A stretch of 64,000 nt of DNA from Kiritimatiellota bacterium (GTDB taxonomy: Bacteria; Verrucomicrobiota; Lentisphaeria; Oligosphaerales; JAADHN01). Below, one piece after another: positions 10,178 through 19,891 of this stretch. Each line of letters begins with the position of its first letter. The stretch's first letter is position 1. The notes under the pieces are model-generated. The model was not told the origin of the DNA, did not search any database, and saw nothing but the letters and a program-made list of their open reading frames with translations. The DNA is taken from assembly GCA_013151865.1 (NCBI GenBank), contig JAADHN010000141.1, positions 7,812 through 71,811 on the forward strand, in the 5' to 3' direction. Both the position numbers and the translations under genes were made by a program.

Positions 10178-10205
10178 TTGACAGTCGCAGGACCGTCAGT
10201 AGTGT
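10178..10205 (+). promoter_or_regulatory. Putative sigma70 promoter
   Basis: TTGACA-N16-TAGTGT (a second TTGACA at 10171) about 55 bp upstream of the GTG at 10259. Confidence 0.5.
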
Positions 10206-10258
10206 CTCGGTGTCCGGGGCAATGCTCGGCAATCGGATCGACTCGGAGGCGACCGACA

Positions 10259-10537
10259 GTGAAAGGATTCTGGCTCAGGTTGCGGGCAGTTTTCTCGACC
10301 GCTCCCGTCGTGATCCTGATCGAGGCGGGAAAGGTCAGACCGACTCGCTGAAGCCTCTCGACGGGACTGTTGAATGATTTCGGCGAGGCTGCTGACGCCG
10401 CGGGGATCGATTGCGGACTCATCACTGTCGCCCGGGCAGGGCAGGGGACCGTGCTGCGCTTTTCGGGGGCCTTCGACGCCGGTACGAAACAGCGCTTTCG
10501 GAATATTTGGTTTGCCCAGCCTGTGCGCAAGATATGA
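10259..10537 (+). pseudogene. DUF3634-like small protein interrupted by an in-frame TGA (pseudogene, sequencing error or readthrough)
   Basis: GGAGG RBS, GTG start; MKGFWLRLRAVFSTAPVVILIEAGKVRPTR*SLSTGLLNDFGEAADAAGIDCGLITVARAGQGTVLRFSGAFDAGTKQRFRNIWFAQPVRKI*. The C-terminal LRFSG..KQRFRNIW resembles DUF3634. TGA at 10349-10351. Confidence 0.6.
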
Positions 10538-10665
10538 AATCCCACCGAGCCACGGGCGGGGAGTCTTGCGGGGGTCGGTGCACTTTTCAAGGACAGATTT
10601 GCCGAATCGGTTGCCGTCGGGGGCTGCGGCCATTTCGGATTCGGGAACCCCGGGAGAAACCGTTC

Positions 10666-13600
10666 GTGACCCATTGCTGTGTTCATCGCCGGTCGCTGGT
10701 TTCGGTTTCCGTCCTGACCGCGATGGCCGCTGCCGGGGCGGTCGTCTCGAGTCGGTTGGACATCCCCATCGGTTCGCGAAAGAACGCTGACGCACCGTAC
10801 ATTTTCCGCAGTGAGGGGGCCCAGGCGCGGCCCGATGCCCGTTTCGTGGACACGGGCGCCCGGCTCACGTACGTATTTCGCACCACGGGCCTGCGCCGTC
10901 TGGTCTTCATCCTGCGTCTGGCCAACAATTTTCGGGTCCAGATCTCGAGCGACGGACGCCGTTGGCAGGAACGATTGAACGCCATGCGGCTCTTCGGACG
11001 CGACCGGCACGACGGCACGCTCGCGACATATCGCCTGGACGCTTCGTCGCTGCTGCCCGCCGACCGCCTGTTTCTGCGTTTTCTCGATGCCTCGCCCCTG
11101 GATGGTTGGGGTGCGTACGTGGCCGGCATTCGCATCGAATCGGACGCGCCGGCAAATCACGACTGGGTATGGCGGTTGCCGGTTCGGGCAATCCGCGGGG
11201 CCATTCCGAAATGGGCTGTCCTGGGCCCTTTTCCCGCACCGAAGAGCGATGCGTTGTTGGCTTCCGCCCGTGCGGCCGTGGAGGATGCGGCGGCCCTGCA
11301 TCCGCCTGCGGGCGGCGCATGGCGTTTTCTTCGCAGCACGGGCCCGGGGCGCATCGACCTGCTCGAGGTGCGGCCCCCGTTGAAGCCTTCGGAGCACAGC
11401 GCTGTGTTCGCGCACGTTTTCATCCATGCCCCGAAAGTGCTCGACGCCCGTCTTCTGCTCGGCAGCGACGACGGTATTGCCGTCTGGTTGAACGGCGCGA
11501 TGATTCTGTCTCGCGAGGTCCGCCGAGGCTGGCGGGACGCCCAGGAAGAGATTCCGGTGCGATTGGGGCCCGGTTGGAATCGTCTCCTGCTGGAAATCGC
11601 CAACGGAGAAGGCGACTGGGGTTTTTCGGCGCGACTCCTGGACCGTTCGGGCCTGCGTCCGCTCGATGTTCGATTCCAGGCCCGGAATCCGTTGCCGGAC
11701 GCCCATCCGTTCCCCGTTCCTCGCGTCCCGCCGGAAGTTCTCCTGCTCGCCGCCGTCGTCGCGCCGGCGGCCGCTGCCGTGGACGGCGAGTGTCTCCGGA
11801 TCCCGTTGCGCGTGACGCTTCGCAATGCCGGGGGTGAACTGGACAACGGCCCCGGCCTGGCGCTGGGGAATGAAAACGGGAGCCTGGCCGAATGGCCCGT
11901 CACGCGCGTCCCGCCGGGTCTTCACGAACTTGTTCTCCCGCTTTCTCGCGTTGTGTGGGAGCGGCACCTTCTGGCGGCCGGAAGTCGGCTGTTCGTGACT
12001 TTCGACAAACAGCGTATTCCCCTGGTGATTCCCGCGTTACAGCGCTTGCTGGGGGATGCTGCGGACGGTTTGGCCAAGCGAAAAGCTCCAAACGTCCCGG
12101 AGACTGTCGTTGCCGACCTGCGCACGCTCAGCGAGTCGGCGCGCCACTGGAATGCCTTCGACACGGCGGCGTCCGAACAACGGGAGCGTCCGAAACGGTG
12201 GATTCAAGCTGCGCTGGGCGGAGGCTGGGACCGGATCCACGCTGCTGCGCAAGCACTGCGGGCGGTCCCCGTGCCCCCGAACTGGACCACAACCTTTCAG
12301 TGCGCCGCCCCGTACGACGGGCGCATCGACCTCCAGGCCGACGCCGTGATGATCTACGGACTTGCGAACACCGCAAAGCGGACGACCCCGTGGCGCCGGC
12401 ACGGCTACCGCACGCAGCTGATGACCGGGATTGCCTGGGGCGGGTACCAGGACTATTTGTACGGACGCTTCGACGGCAAACAGCATTTGGACGACGCACA
12501 GACGGACCGGCGCGGCAACCGCATTTCCCATGGGGGCGATGTTTACTACATGGTCCCGACGAAAAGTTACACCGACTATCTCTGCCGTTTCGTAGAGCAG
12601 TCGTTCGGCCTGCCCTTGGACGGCATCTGCCTCGAAGAACCGGAGTTCTGGATGCGCGGCGGCTGGAGCCCCGCCTTCCGCCGTGAGTGGCAGGCGTTTT
12701 ACCGAGAGCCGTGGCAACCGCCGGACAGTTCATACGAAGCCTGCTGGCGTTCCGGGAAACTCCGCAAGGAGTTGTATCGGCGCTGTCTTGTGGCGGTGTG
12801 CGATTTTGTCAAGAAAAACCGTCCGAAATGGAGTTGCACCGTTGCAACGCACTCCCTGATCCACTATTCCAACATTGGGATTGCCAGCCCCGAGTCGGCG
12901 CTGGCCACCGTCGATGCCTGCGATACGATCATTGCCCAGGTCTGGACCGATACGATTCTTTACCCCTGCACGTACGACGGGCGCCGCACGGTCCGCCCGT
13001 TCGCCATGGCTTATCTCGAATTCGCCCAAATGCTTGGAATGATCAGTCCGACCGGCAAGTCCCTGGCTTTTCTGGCGGACCCCGTATCCGACAACCCAAA
13101 TCGGCGCTGGGACATTTACCGAACTTGCTACGAACATACCCTTGTCGCCGGACTCCAGTGCGGTACGGTCACCCGTTTCGAAGTGATGCCCTGGCCGGAC
13201 CGTGTGTTTACACGGACGTATCGGAACGGGAACGACACGGACGGCGAAACAACGACCCTGATTCCCGAGGGGTATGCCACATCATTGCTGGCGACGGTCA
13301 ACGCCCTGCGCCGAATGCCGCCCGCCGCCTCGAGCCCTTGGATCGGTGTGGGCGTGTCGGACAGCCTCATGTTCCAGCGCGGCACGGTGCGTGGTCGGTC
13401 GGGGGGTTTCGACGAACTCTACGGGGTGACGCTCCCCTTGATTCAGCACGGCGTGTTGCCCGCATTCGTGCAACTGGAGCACTTGGCCCCCCCCGTCAAC
13501 GCCCCCATTCCCGGCGGTCTCCGCGTCTTGCTGCTGACCTACGACGGCCAGAAACCGCCCGCCGTCGCCGTCCACGAGAAACTCGCCGCGTGGGTCCGCG

Positions 13601-14340
13601 CCGGGGGGATTCTGGTCTTTTTCAGCGACGGAAAAGATCCCTTTGCCCGGGTCCGGGAGTGGTGGAACGACGCCGGGGCAACCGCCGCCCTGCCGCGGGA
13701 CGATCTGTTTCGGAAGCTCGGGGTCGGCGCGCAACCCGCGGCCGGTTGGCACGGCATCGGCAAGGGCTGGTTTTATTACGAGTCCCGCTCGCCGGCAAGG
13801 TTTGCCGGCAAGGGCGGAGGTCCCGAGCTTGTCGGCGTCGTGCGTGGGGCCTGCGCGAGAATGTCCGGAATGACGTTCCCTGCGGCAAGGAATTGGGTTG
13901 CCGTCGAACGCGGTCCCTATCTCGCCGCCTCGTGCTGGGGAAATGCCGGCGTGGGTCCCGAGTTTCGGCGTCCCGGCCTGTTCCTGAATCTGTTCGACGA
14001 TGAACTCGACCTCGTGGAGATTGCTCGGTGCGCCCCCGGTCGAAGCGGTCTCTGGCTCGATACGGCCAAAGCCCGCGAAGTTCCCGGCGTGCTCCTGAGC
14101 GCCTCGCGGGTCACCGGTTGGCGCCGCGTTTCCAATCGCGCCTCGTACGTCTCGCGCGGGCCGACGGGCGTTCGGGCGGTGACTTGGGTGCGCCTGCCTC
14201 GCGAGCCTGCAAAGATCAGCGCGCGTGCGCAAAACGGCTGCCCGGTGCCCGTCGAGCAGAAATGGTTCCCGACGGTTCGCGCTGTCAAGCTCGGGCACGA
14301 GAATCGGCCGGACGGTGTGTGGATCGATTTGGCTTGGTGA
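10666..14340 (+). CDS. Large secreted multidomain putative glycoside hydrolase (PA14-like domain, TIM barrel, class-I GATase-like domain)
   Basis: GTG 10666 after GGAGA, then a signal peptide; GSDDGIAVWLNG..LGPGWNRLLLEI (PA14-like); ICLEEPEFW; LLLTYDGQKP..LAAWVRAGGILV. Confidence 0.65.
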   Translation: MTHCCVHRRSLVSVSVLTAMAAAGAVVSSRLDIPIGSRKNADAPYIFRSEGAQARPDARFVDTGARLTYVFRTTGLRRLVFILRLANNFRVQISSDGRRWQERLNAMRLFGRDRHDGTLATYRLDASSLLPADRLFLRFLDASPLDGWGAYVAGIRIESDAPANHDWVWRLPVRAIRGAIPKWAVLGPFPAPKSDALLASARAAVEDAAALHPPAGGAWRFLRSTGPGRIDLLEVRPPLKPSEHSAVFAHVFIHAPKVLDARLLLGSDDGIAVWLNGAMILSREVRRGWRDAQEEIPVRLGPGWNRLLLEIANGEGDWGFSARLLDRSGLRPLDVRFQARNPLPDAHPFPVPRVPPEVLLLAAVVAPAAAAVDGECLRIPLRVTLRNAGGELDNGPGLALGNENGSLAEWPVTRVPPGLHELVLPLSRVVWERHLLAAGSRLFVTFDKQRIPLVIPALQRLLGDAADGLAKRKAPNVPETVVADLRTLSESARHWNAFDTAASEQRERPKRWIQAALGGGWDRIHAAAQALRAVPVPPNWTTTFQCAAPYDGRIDLQADAVMIYGLANTAKRTTPWRRHGYRTQLMTGIAWGGYQDYLYGRFDGKQHLDDAQTDRRGNRISHGGDVYYMVPTKSYTDYLCRFVEQSFGLPLDGICLEEPEFWMRGGWSPAFRREWQAFYREPWQPPDSSYEACWRSGKLRKELYRRCLVAVCDFVKKNRPKWSCTVATHSLIHYSNIGIASPESALATVDACDTIIAQVWTDTILYPCTYDGRRTVRPFAMAYLEFAQMLGMISPTGKSLAFLADPVSDNPNRRWDIYRTCYEHTLVAGLQCGTVTRFEVMPWPDRVFTRTYRNGNDTDGETTTLIPEGYATSLLATVNALRRMPPAASSPWIGVGVSDSLMFQRGTVRGRSGGFDELYGVTLPLIQHGVLPAFVQLEHLAPPVNAPIPGGLRVLLLTYDGQKPPAVAVHEKLAAWVRAGGILVFFSDGKDPFARVREWWNDAGATAALPRDDLFRKLGVGAQPAAGWHGIGKGWFYYESRSPARFAGKGGGPELVGVVRGACARMSGMTFPAARNWVAVERGPYLAASCWGNAGVGPEFRRPGLFLNLFDDELDLVEIARCAPGRSGLWLDTAKAREVPGVLLSASRVTGWRRVSNRASYVSRGPTGVRAVTWVRLPREPAKISARAQNGCPVPVEQKWFPTVRAVKLGHENRPDGVWIDLAW

Positions 14341-14538
14341 GACCCGGTTCGGCTGCGGGGACTGGTGCGAGCAGAAGGGGCGAGACCGCCCATGGCCCCG
14401 CCTGTCGGGCTCGGAATTATCGAGAGGGGCGACCGCGTGACGCGTTGACTGAAACCCGGGGCGCCGCCCCGACCGCATCGGGCCCAAACGGGTCCTTTGT
14501 CCGGGGTCTTTTACCGCCCCTCCCGCTTTGCGCCTGCC

Positions 14539-17307
14539 TCAGGGCGCCGTGCGACCCTGCGCAATCCAATCAAGCGTAAACCGGGCAAACTCAATGCGGC
14601 GGTAGTTGTCGGCTTCGTACAAGAGGCCGATGCTCTTGTCCGACAGCACGGTGAGGCACGAATAGGCATAGAATCCGAACTGTACGACCCGCGCAGCAGC
14701 CCACGTCTTGCCTTCGTCGTAGCTGAGGCGTACGGTCCCATTGATGCGTGCCGTCTCGTGCGCGGGGTTCGCAAACAAGATGCAGTTTTCCCGGTCGGTT
14801 GGCGGGTCGCCGTAGCGCAGAATGGTTGCCTGACAGCGGGAATCCACGAGTTCGGAGGCCTTTTCGAGGGGGGACCAGGTTTCACCTCCGTCGCGACTGA
14901 CCGCGACGACGCGGCAACCGACCTTCTCCGCGGCCCGGGCGTTGAGCAGCACGCTGCCGTCGGCCAGTTCGACGTACTGGACCTCGTTGGCATAGAGTCC
15001 CTCGGGGTTGGGCGCCAGTTTGCCGCGGCGCCACGTCGCGCCGCCGTCGTCGCTGAAGGCGGCGTATTGCCGCCATTTGCCGAAAGGCCCCTGGCGGTAT
15101 GGAAACAGGACGCGTCCTCTGTGCCGACCCCGGCGCAGTACGATCCCGACACCGGGCCCGGCGCCCACATCGGTGGCTTTCGTGGGCCGCTTGACCATGC
15201 GGGTGATGTCCCGGGGCGCCGACCATGTGACGCCGTCGTCGTCGCTGTGGACCAGGAACTGCCGGCAAATCGGTTTGCTCTCGTCGTAGCCGGCGACGAC
15301 CTTGTTCGAGTGAGCGCCCTCGGGGAACCGCTCGTAGACCAGCAGGACGCGTCCGGTGTCCGGCAACACGACGGCGCAGGGGTCGTTGAGGCAATTGCGT
15401 CCATCCTCCGCCACGACTTGGAGCGGCCCCCAGGTGCGGCCGCCGTCGGTACTGCGTTTGAGCACGATGTCGTTCTGCGCGTGGTCGTTCATGGCGGCGC
15501 GGCCTTCGCAGAAGGCAAGGAGCACGCCTTTTTTCGTCGTCACGACGGCCGGGATGCGATAGACGGGATAGCCGTCCCGTCCGTTGATGAAAACCGCGGT
15601 TTTCTCGGGGCCGGGTTCTTCGGCCAGGGCGTCCAGTTCCTCGATACGGAAGCGCACACAGGCGATCCAGGGCGGTTCACCGGGAGTCCAGTGGCCGTAA
15701 GTGGTCGCCACGATGGTCCCGTCCGGCAGGCGTTCGAGGGCGGGATAGGCGCAATCCCACGCGTGGTGGTTGTCCATGAGCCGGACACGGTACTGGCCTT
15801 CACGGCCCTGGACAATGTCGTCGTAGGCGCCGACCCATCCCACCCAGTCCCCCTGTGTGGGGCTTTCCCGGGTGGTGTCGCGGAACGAGATGAAAAGCCG
15901 TCCGTCCGGCAGGTACACCGCTTGGTGCCGGTCGCCGGTGAGCGCGCCGGGCAATTCGTGCGGCTTGGACCAGGTCTTGCCTTCGTCGTTGCTGAACGCG
16001 ACGAACGAGTTGTATTGGCGGCTGTTTTCTCGGAGCAACATCGCGATCTGGTTGCCGTCGGGCGAACGGACAAGACCGGGTTCGCACAGGTGCGCGACCG
16101 GGTGTCGGACCAGTACACGGGGGTCGCTCCAGGTCAGACCGCCGTCACGGCTGACGATGCCGTACACGTTCCAACCGGGCGGGACTTTTTCTCTCAGGCG
16201 ACGTCCGATGAACCGGCCGTCGTCGTGGCAGACCGCCAAGTACGAATCGTCTTTCAGGCGAATCATGTCCGCCATGGCCACAACGCCGCCGAAGTCGCCG
16301 ATGGGCTCGAGTTCGGTCCAGGTGCCGCCGTCGTCGTCGGACCGGGCGGCGCGGACGGGATAGAGCCCCGAGAACATGATGAGTCGCTTTGTTCCGTCAG
16401 GAGCGACGATGCGGTAAATGGTCGGCACTTCTTTGGACGTTTCCCAACTCTTCGGGGTCGGCAGGCGTGGCCCCCAGGTCAGTCCGCCGTCTTTGCTGCG
16501 CTTGAGGACCACGGCCCCCTTGCCATGGCCTTTGGGATACACGGCCACGATGGTCTTGCCGTCTTCAAGGAGCACTGTCGTGGGATGCCCGAGGTATTGT
16601 CCCGGCTCCCGGTCGACCGCGATGTGCCGCCAGGGCCGGCCCGCCAAGTCGACGATCGGAATGCTGTATCCCTTGGGCTGTTTCGACGTTTCTGCCATGG
16701 TTTCCGCCTCCACTGTGAATTTCCGGAGTTGGACGACGGCCCGCCGGGGTCGAAAACCGACCCGACCGGCGAATCGCTCTGTCCCCGCCGCCGTAAAAAC
16801 CGGCCGCCCATCGATCTGAAACGAGATGCTGCCCTTGCGCCGAATGACGTCGAAATCGAACCAGGTATCCTCCGGGATGAGGCGATCGCTCGATCCCAGG
16901 TCTCGGAGTCCGGTTCGAAACAGGCGGCCGGAAACGAACGTCTTGCCGTTCGCGCCCGCAAAGCCGAAATGGTTCTTGCCGAGAACAAAAGACGCCGCAC
17001 TGCGGTTCAGGCGTCGGATGCGCAGGCGTGCGTGCACACGGAAATCGCCGGGACCGATGGCGCGGTCCGCGAACAGCAGATTTCCGGCGCCCCGTCCCTC
17101 GAGCCACGCCGAGCCCGGGTCCGTCTCCCGGATCGTCTTCCAGGGATGCCCGGACCATTCCGCGTGGACCGCACGCCCATTGCGGACCACCACACGAACC
17201 TGCGGACCTTCGGGGCCGCCCGGGGCAGCCGCGACCGCCGCAAACAAGGGGGCGCAACAGAGAAGGCCCCCGAACGACCGGAGCCGTTGTTCATACTGTA
17301 CTCTCAC
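14539..17307 (-). CDS. Secreted sialidase-fold (GH33/BNR) protein with two propeller domains
   Basis: Multiple Asp-boxes (SKDGGLTW, SDDDGGTW, SRDGGLTW, STDGGRTW, SYDEGKTW); YRIP motif in the second domain; signal peptide. Confidence 0.85.
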   Translation of the reverse strand: MRVQYEQRLRSFGGLLCCAPLFAAVAAAPGGPEGPQVRVVVRNGRAVHAEWSGHPWKTIRETDPGSAWLEGRGAGNLLFADRAIGPGDFRVHARLRIRRLNRSAASFVLGKNHFGFAGANGKTFVSGRLFRTGLRDLGSSDRLIPEDTWFDFDVIRRKGSISFQIDGRPVFTAAGTERFAGRVGFRPRRAVVQLRKFTVEAETMAETSKQPKGYSIPIVDLAGRPWRHIAVDREPGQYLGHPTTVLLEDGKTIVAVYPKGHGKGAVVLKRSKDGGLTWGPRLPTPKSWETSKEVPTIYRIVAPDGTKRLIMFSGLYPVRAARSDDDGGTWTELEPIGDFGGVVAMADMIRLKDDSYLAVCHDDGRFIGRRLREKVPPGWNVYGIVSRDGGLTWSDPRVLVRHPVAHLCEPGLVRSPDGNQIAMLLRENSRQYNSFVAFSNDEGKTWSKPHELPGALTGDRHQAVYLPDGRLFISFRDTTRESPTQGDWVGWVGAYDDIVQGREGQYRVRLMDNHHAWDCAYPALERLPDGTIVATTYGHWTPGEPPWIACVRFRIEELDALAEEPGPEKTAVFINGRDGYPVYRIPAVVTTKKGVLLAFCEGRAAMNDHAQNDIVLKRSTDGGRTWGPLQVVAEDGRNCLNDPCAVVLPDTGRVLLVYERFPEGAHSNKVVAGYDESKPICRQFLVHSDDDGVTWSAPRDITRMVKRPTKATDVGAGPGVGIVLRRGRHRGRVLFPYRQGPFGKWRQYAAFSDDGGATWRRGKLAPNPEGLYANEVQYVELADGSVLLNARAAEKVGCRVVAVSRDGGETWSPLEKASELVDSRCQATILRYGDPPTDRENCILFANPAHETARINGTVRLSYDEGKTWAAARVVQFGFYAYSCLTVLSDKSIGLLYEADNYRRIEFARFTLDWIAQGRTAP

Positions 17308-17928
17308 ACTTCAGCCTTTCCCCGCGGCTCACCCCGTCGGCCGATGAGCCGAAGGATGCACGTACTCTACCGCCATTGCCTCTTGCGGCCATGCGGGGCA
17401 AACTCCGGTCCGGCACTGCGTTCGCCCAGGACTTCATCGTTGCCCGTGGCCGACATCCGAGTTTATGTTTGAATGCGGGGGACGATGTGCGTCAAATACG
17501 CAGTGTTGCGAAGGGCCCGGCGGAGCTTCGCCGGGTACTTCCACTCCCATTTCACCAATCCCTCCTCACACAGAATCCGATGTCGTTTTCAGGGCGTTTT
17601 GAATGCGTTGCCAGAATTCCCGAGGCGATTCCGTACCGGCCCGCTCGCCGAGCATGGCATCGAGCAGGTCCAGCCACGGCTCGTCTTCGGGCGCGGGGCG
17701 AACGCGGGCATCGTCGCCGCACCCGATTGCCGTGACGCGCACTTTGCGCGCCACGGGTCCGGGAATCGCACCAAGCAATTCCAGTGCGGCGGCGTCCACG
17801 CGCTCTCGGGGAGTGACCGACCGGCTGAGGCCCCCGGGGCAAGATAAAGCAACTGCCCAGCCCCGGAGATCGGAAGTCAGTTCGACAACTCGAGACCTGC
17901 CAACACATTTTCGGTTTTGACATCCTTT

Positions 17929-19809
17929 TCACCGACTCGGTGTTGCGGAGTCCGCACGGACCCAGAACGGGCGCGCCGGTTCCTTGAACGGTCCGGCCCG
18001 CAGGGCGCGAATCTGGGCGTCATCCAGGGAACCCAACCAGTAGAGGGCGACTCCGTTTCCGGGGAATTTGCGTTGGCAGAATGCAATGAGTTTGGCGACA
18101 ATCTCCCCGTCCCGCGGCCCCACTGCTCCGTTCGGTAACCGCTCGTAGTTTCCGCACAGGACCACCAGGGCTGAAGGGCGGTGCAGGAGCTTGCGGATGG
18201 CGTCGTACTTGTGCCAGGCCAACTGCGTGCCGTAGTCCATGCTGTAGAGGACGTCGATCCAGCCTTCCCGGGCCCAGCGGAAGCCGTCGCGTCCCTGGAT
18301 CCCGGGTCGCTCGTCTGGCAGAGAAGGATGCCCGTCGATGCTGATGATGATGTTTGGGCGGATCGCACGTGCGCCGTCCGACACCCGGCGCACGATGTCC
18401 GCAATGGCGTCGTTTTGGAACTGGACGATACGAGCGTTGGGCCAGCCGTTGGCCCGGGGCTTCTTGAGGTCCTCGAGCAGGTCCGCGCCGAACCGTTTGC
18501 GATAGGCTTCCAGGGCGGTCCGACTTTTCGAGACGCCTTTCGTACGGATGTAATCCAGGTTGATGCCGTCGACATCGTAGCGCCGGACGACTTCGAGCAT
18601 GAGTTCGACGATAAACTTGCGGAAAGCGGGGTTATGGGCTTCGCACGCGCCTTTCGGGGTGCCGGGCTCGATAAAGGAGGCCAACGGCTGCCAGTTCCTG
18701 TCGCCGTAACACACACAGAACCAGGGATGCACTTCGATGCCGCGGGCATGACACAGGCGGACCAGGTTTGCGAGCCCATCGAACTCCTCCCCCTCCCTCT
18801 CAAGGGTCTTCTCGAGGCCGGTTTCGACCGGCGTCAGTTTGCTTGGCCACCGGGCGCCGCGACCGTGCCATACACAGGGGATGAAGACATTGAAACCGGC
18901 CCGGGCCAGCTTGTCCACGGCGGCCTGGGCCCCTTGGCGCGTGGCCCAGCCATAGCTTTCATCGAGCAACGCGCGGCTCTCCAGCACGCGGCCGTCCGCG
19001 TCCCGCTTCGGTGTCCAGGGCTGTTTCAGGACCTCGTTGAGCCAAGCGAAACGGCGCGCTTCAATTTCCCGCCACTTCGGTTCCTCGGCTCGGAAAACGT
19101 CCCGGACCTCCCGCGTATCGAGCACCCGGTCCAGAATCTGTATTGCGTCGAACACCCCGTCCGCCGAACGCCCGGCAGCCATGGGAGTGCCCCGGTCCGA
19201 GCCGAGGAAGATGGGAGTGCTCAACGACGGCACAGTCTTGCACGCCCGCCGGGGCGTGACGCCGATGCGACGGCCGTTGATGTAAAAGGCCGCGGTCAGG
19301 CGATCCCCGAATTCCCAGGTCACGGCAAAGTGGGTCCACTCGCCTCTCCGGTAGTCGATCACGTCGGACACGTGACAGTAAAGCTGGTTCTCGAAGACCA
19401 GGTAGGTGCGGTTAGCTCCCGCCGGTTCCCACCACCCGGCGCTCAGGGTGCAGTAACCGCTCTTGCCGTCGTTCCACCCCCAGGAAAAGAACGTATGCGA
19501 ACGACCGGGCCGGTTGGCGTCCGGCCAGTCGGACTTGAACCAGAACATCAGGGTACCCCGGCGAGGCAGGAGGTTGCCTTCGGCGGCGATAGTCGCATAT
19601 CGTCCCGGCCCCACCCGGAGCCCCTGCCCCCATTTCCCCGGGGCTGGGACCGCACCGTGCAGTGTGACCGCCGGGTTGCCAGCGGCGAAATCCGCCTGCC
19701 TCGGTAGGTTGAAATTGTCCAGATACAGCGTGTGCGGCGTACAAACTGGCTCGCCGATCGAGACCACACCCCAGAGCAGGAAGACCGCGAGACTCCGAAA
19801 CAGCAACAT
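17929..19809 (-). CDS. LamG-domain plus GHL10 (DUF187-type) glycoside hydrolase
   Basis: ATG 19809 after GGAGG; signal peptide; EWTHFAVTW..FYING (LamG); HARGIEVHPWF, YDVDGINLDYIR, GWIDVLYSMDY. Confidence 0.8.
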   Translation of the reverse strand: MLLFRSLAVFLLWGVVSIGEPVCTPHTLYLDNFNLPRQADFAAGNPAVTLHGAVPAPGKWGQGLRVGPGRYATIAAEGNLLPRRGTLMFWFKSDWPDANRPGRSHTFFSWGWNDGKSGYCTLSAGWWEPAGANRTYLVFENQLYCHVSDVIDYRRGEWTHFAVTWEFGDRLTAAFYINGRRIGVTPRRACKTVPSLSTPIFLGSDRGTPMAAGRSADGVFDAIQILDRVLDTREVRDVFRAEEPKWREIEARRFAWLNEVLKQPWTPKRDADGRVLESRALLDESYGWATRQGAQAAVDKLARAGFNVFIPCVWHGRGARWPSKLTPVETGLEKTLEREGEEFDGLANLVRLCHARGIEVHPWFCVCYGDRNWQPLASFIEPGTPKGACEAHNPAFRKFIVELMLEVVRRYDVDGINLDYIRTKGVSKSRTALEAYRKRFGADLLEDLKKPRANGWPNARIVQFQNDAIADIVRRVSDGARAIRPNIIISIDGHPSLPDERPGIQGRDGFRWAREGWIDVLYSMDYGTQLAWHKYDAIRKLLHRPSALVVLCGNYERLPNGAVGPRDGEIVAKLIAFCQRKFPGNGVALYWLGSLDDAQIRALRAGPFKEPARPFWVRADSATPSR

Positions 19810-19891
19810 GACAGCCTCCAGAATCCGTGACCGTCTTTCTCGAGATGGGTGGTCTCTTCTCTGCGGGGCAGGGGCCGGAACAGACCCCCCG

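Noticed and set aside
10349-10351. Genome-wide UGA reassignment to Gly
   Set aside because: Many intact genes here (GH116, ferritin, rubredoxin, pilT) end in TGA at their expected C-termini.
17566-17928. Open frame continuing in phase after the TGA of the GHL10 gene (77-aa ORF 17566-17799)
   Set aside because: No convincing RBS/start or recognisable motif; open frames of this length arise by chance at this GC content. A small gene is not excluded.
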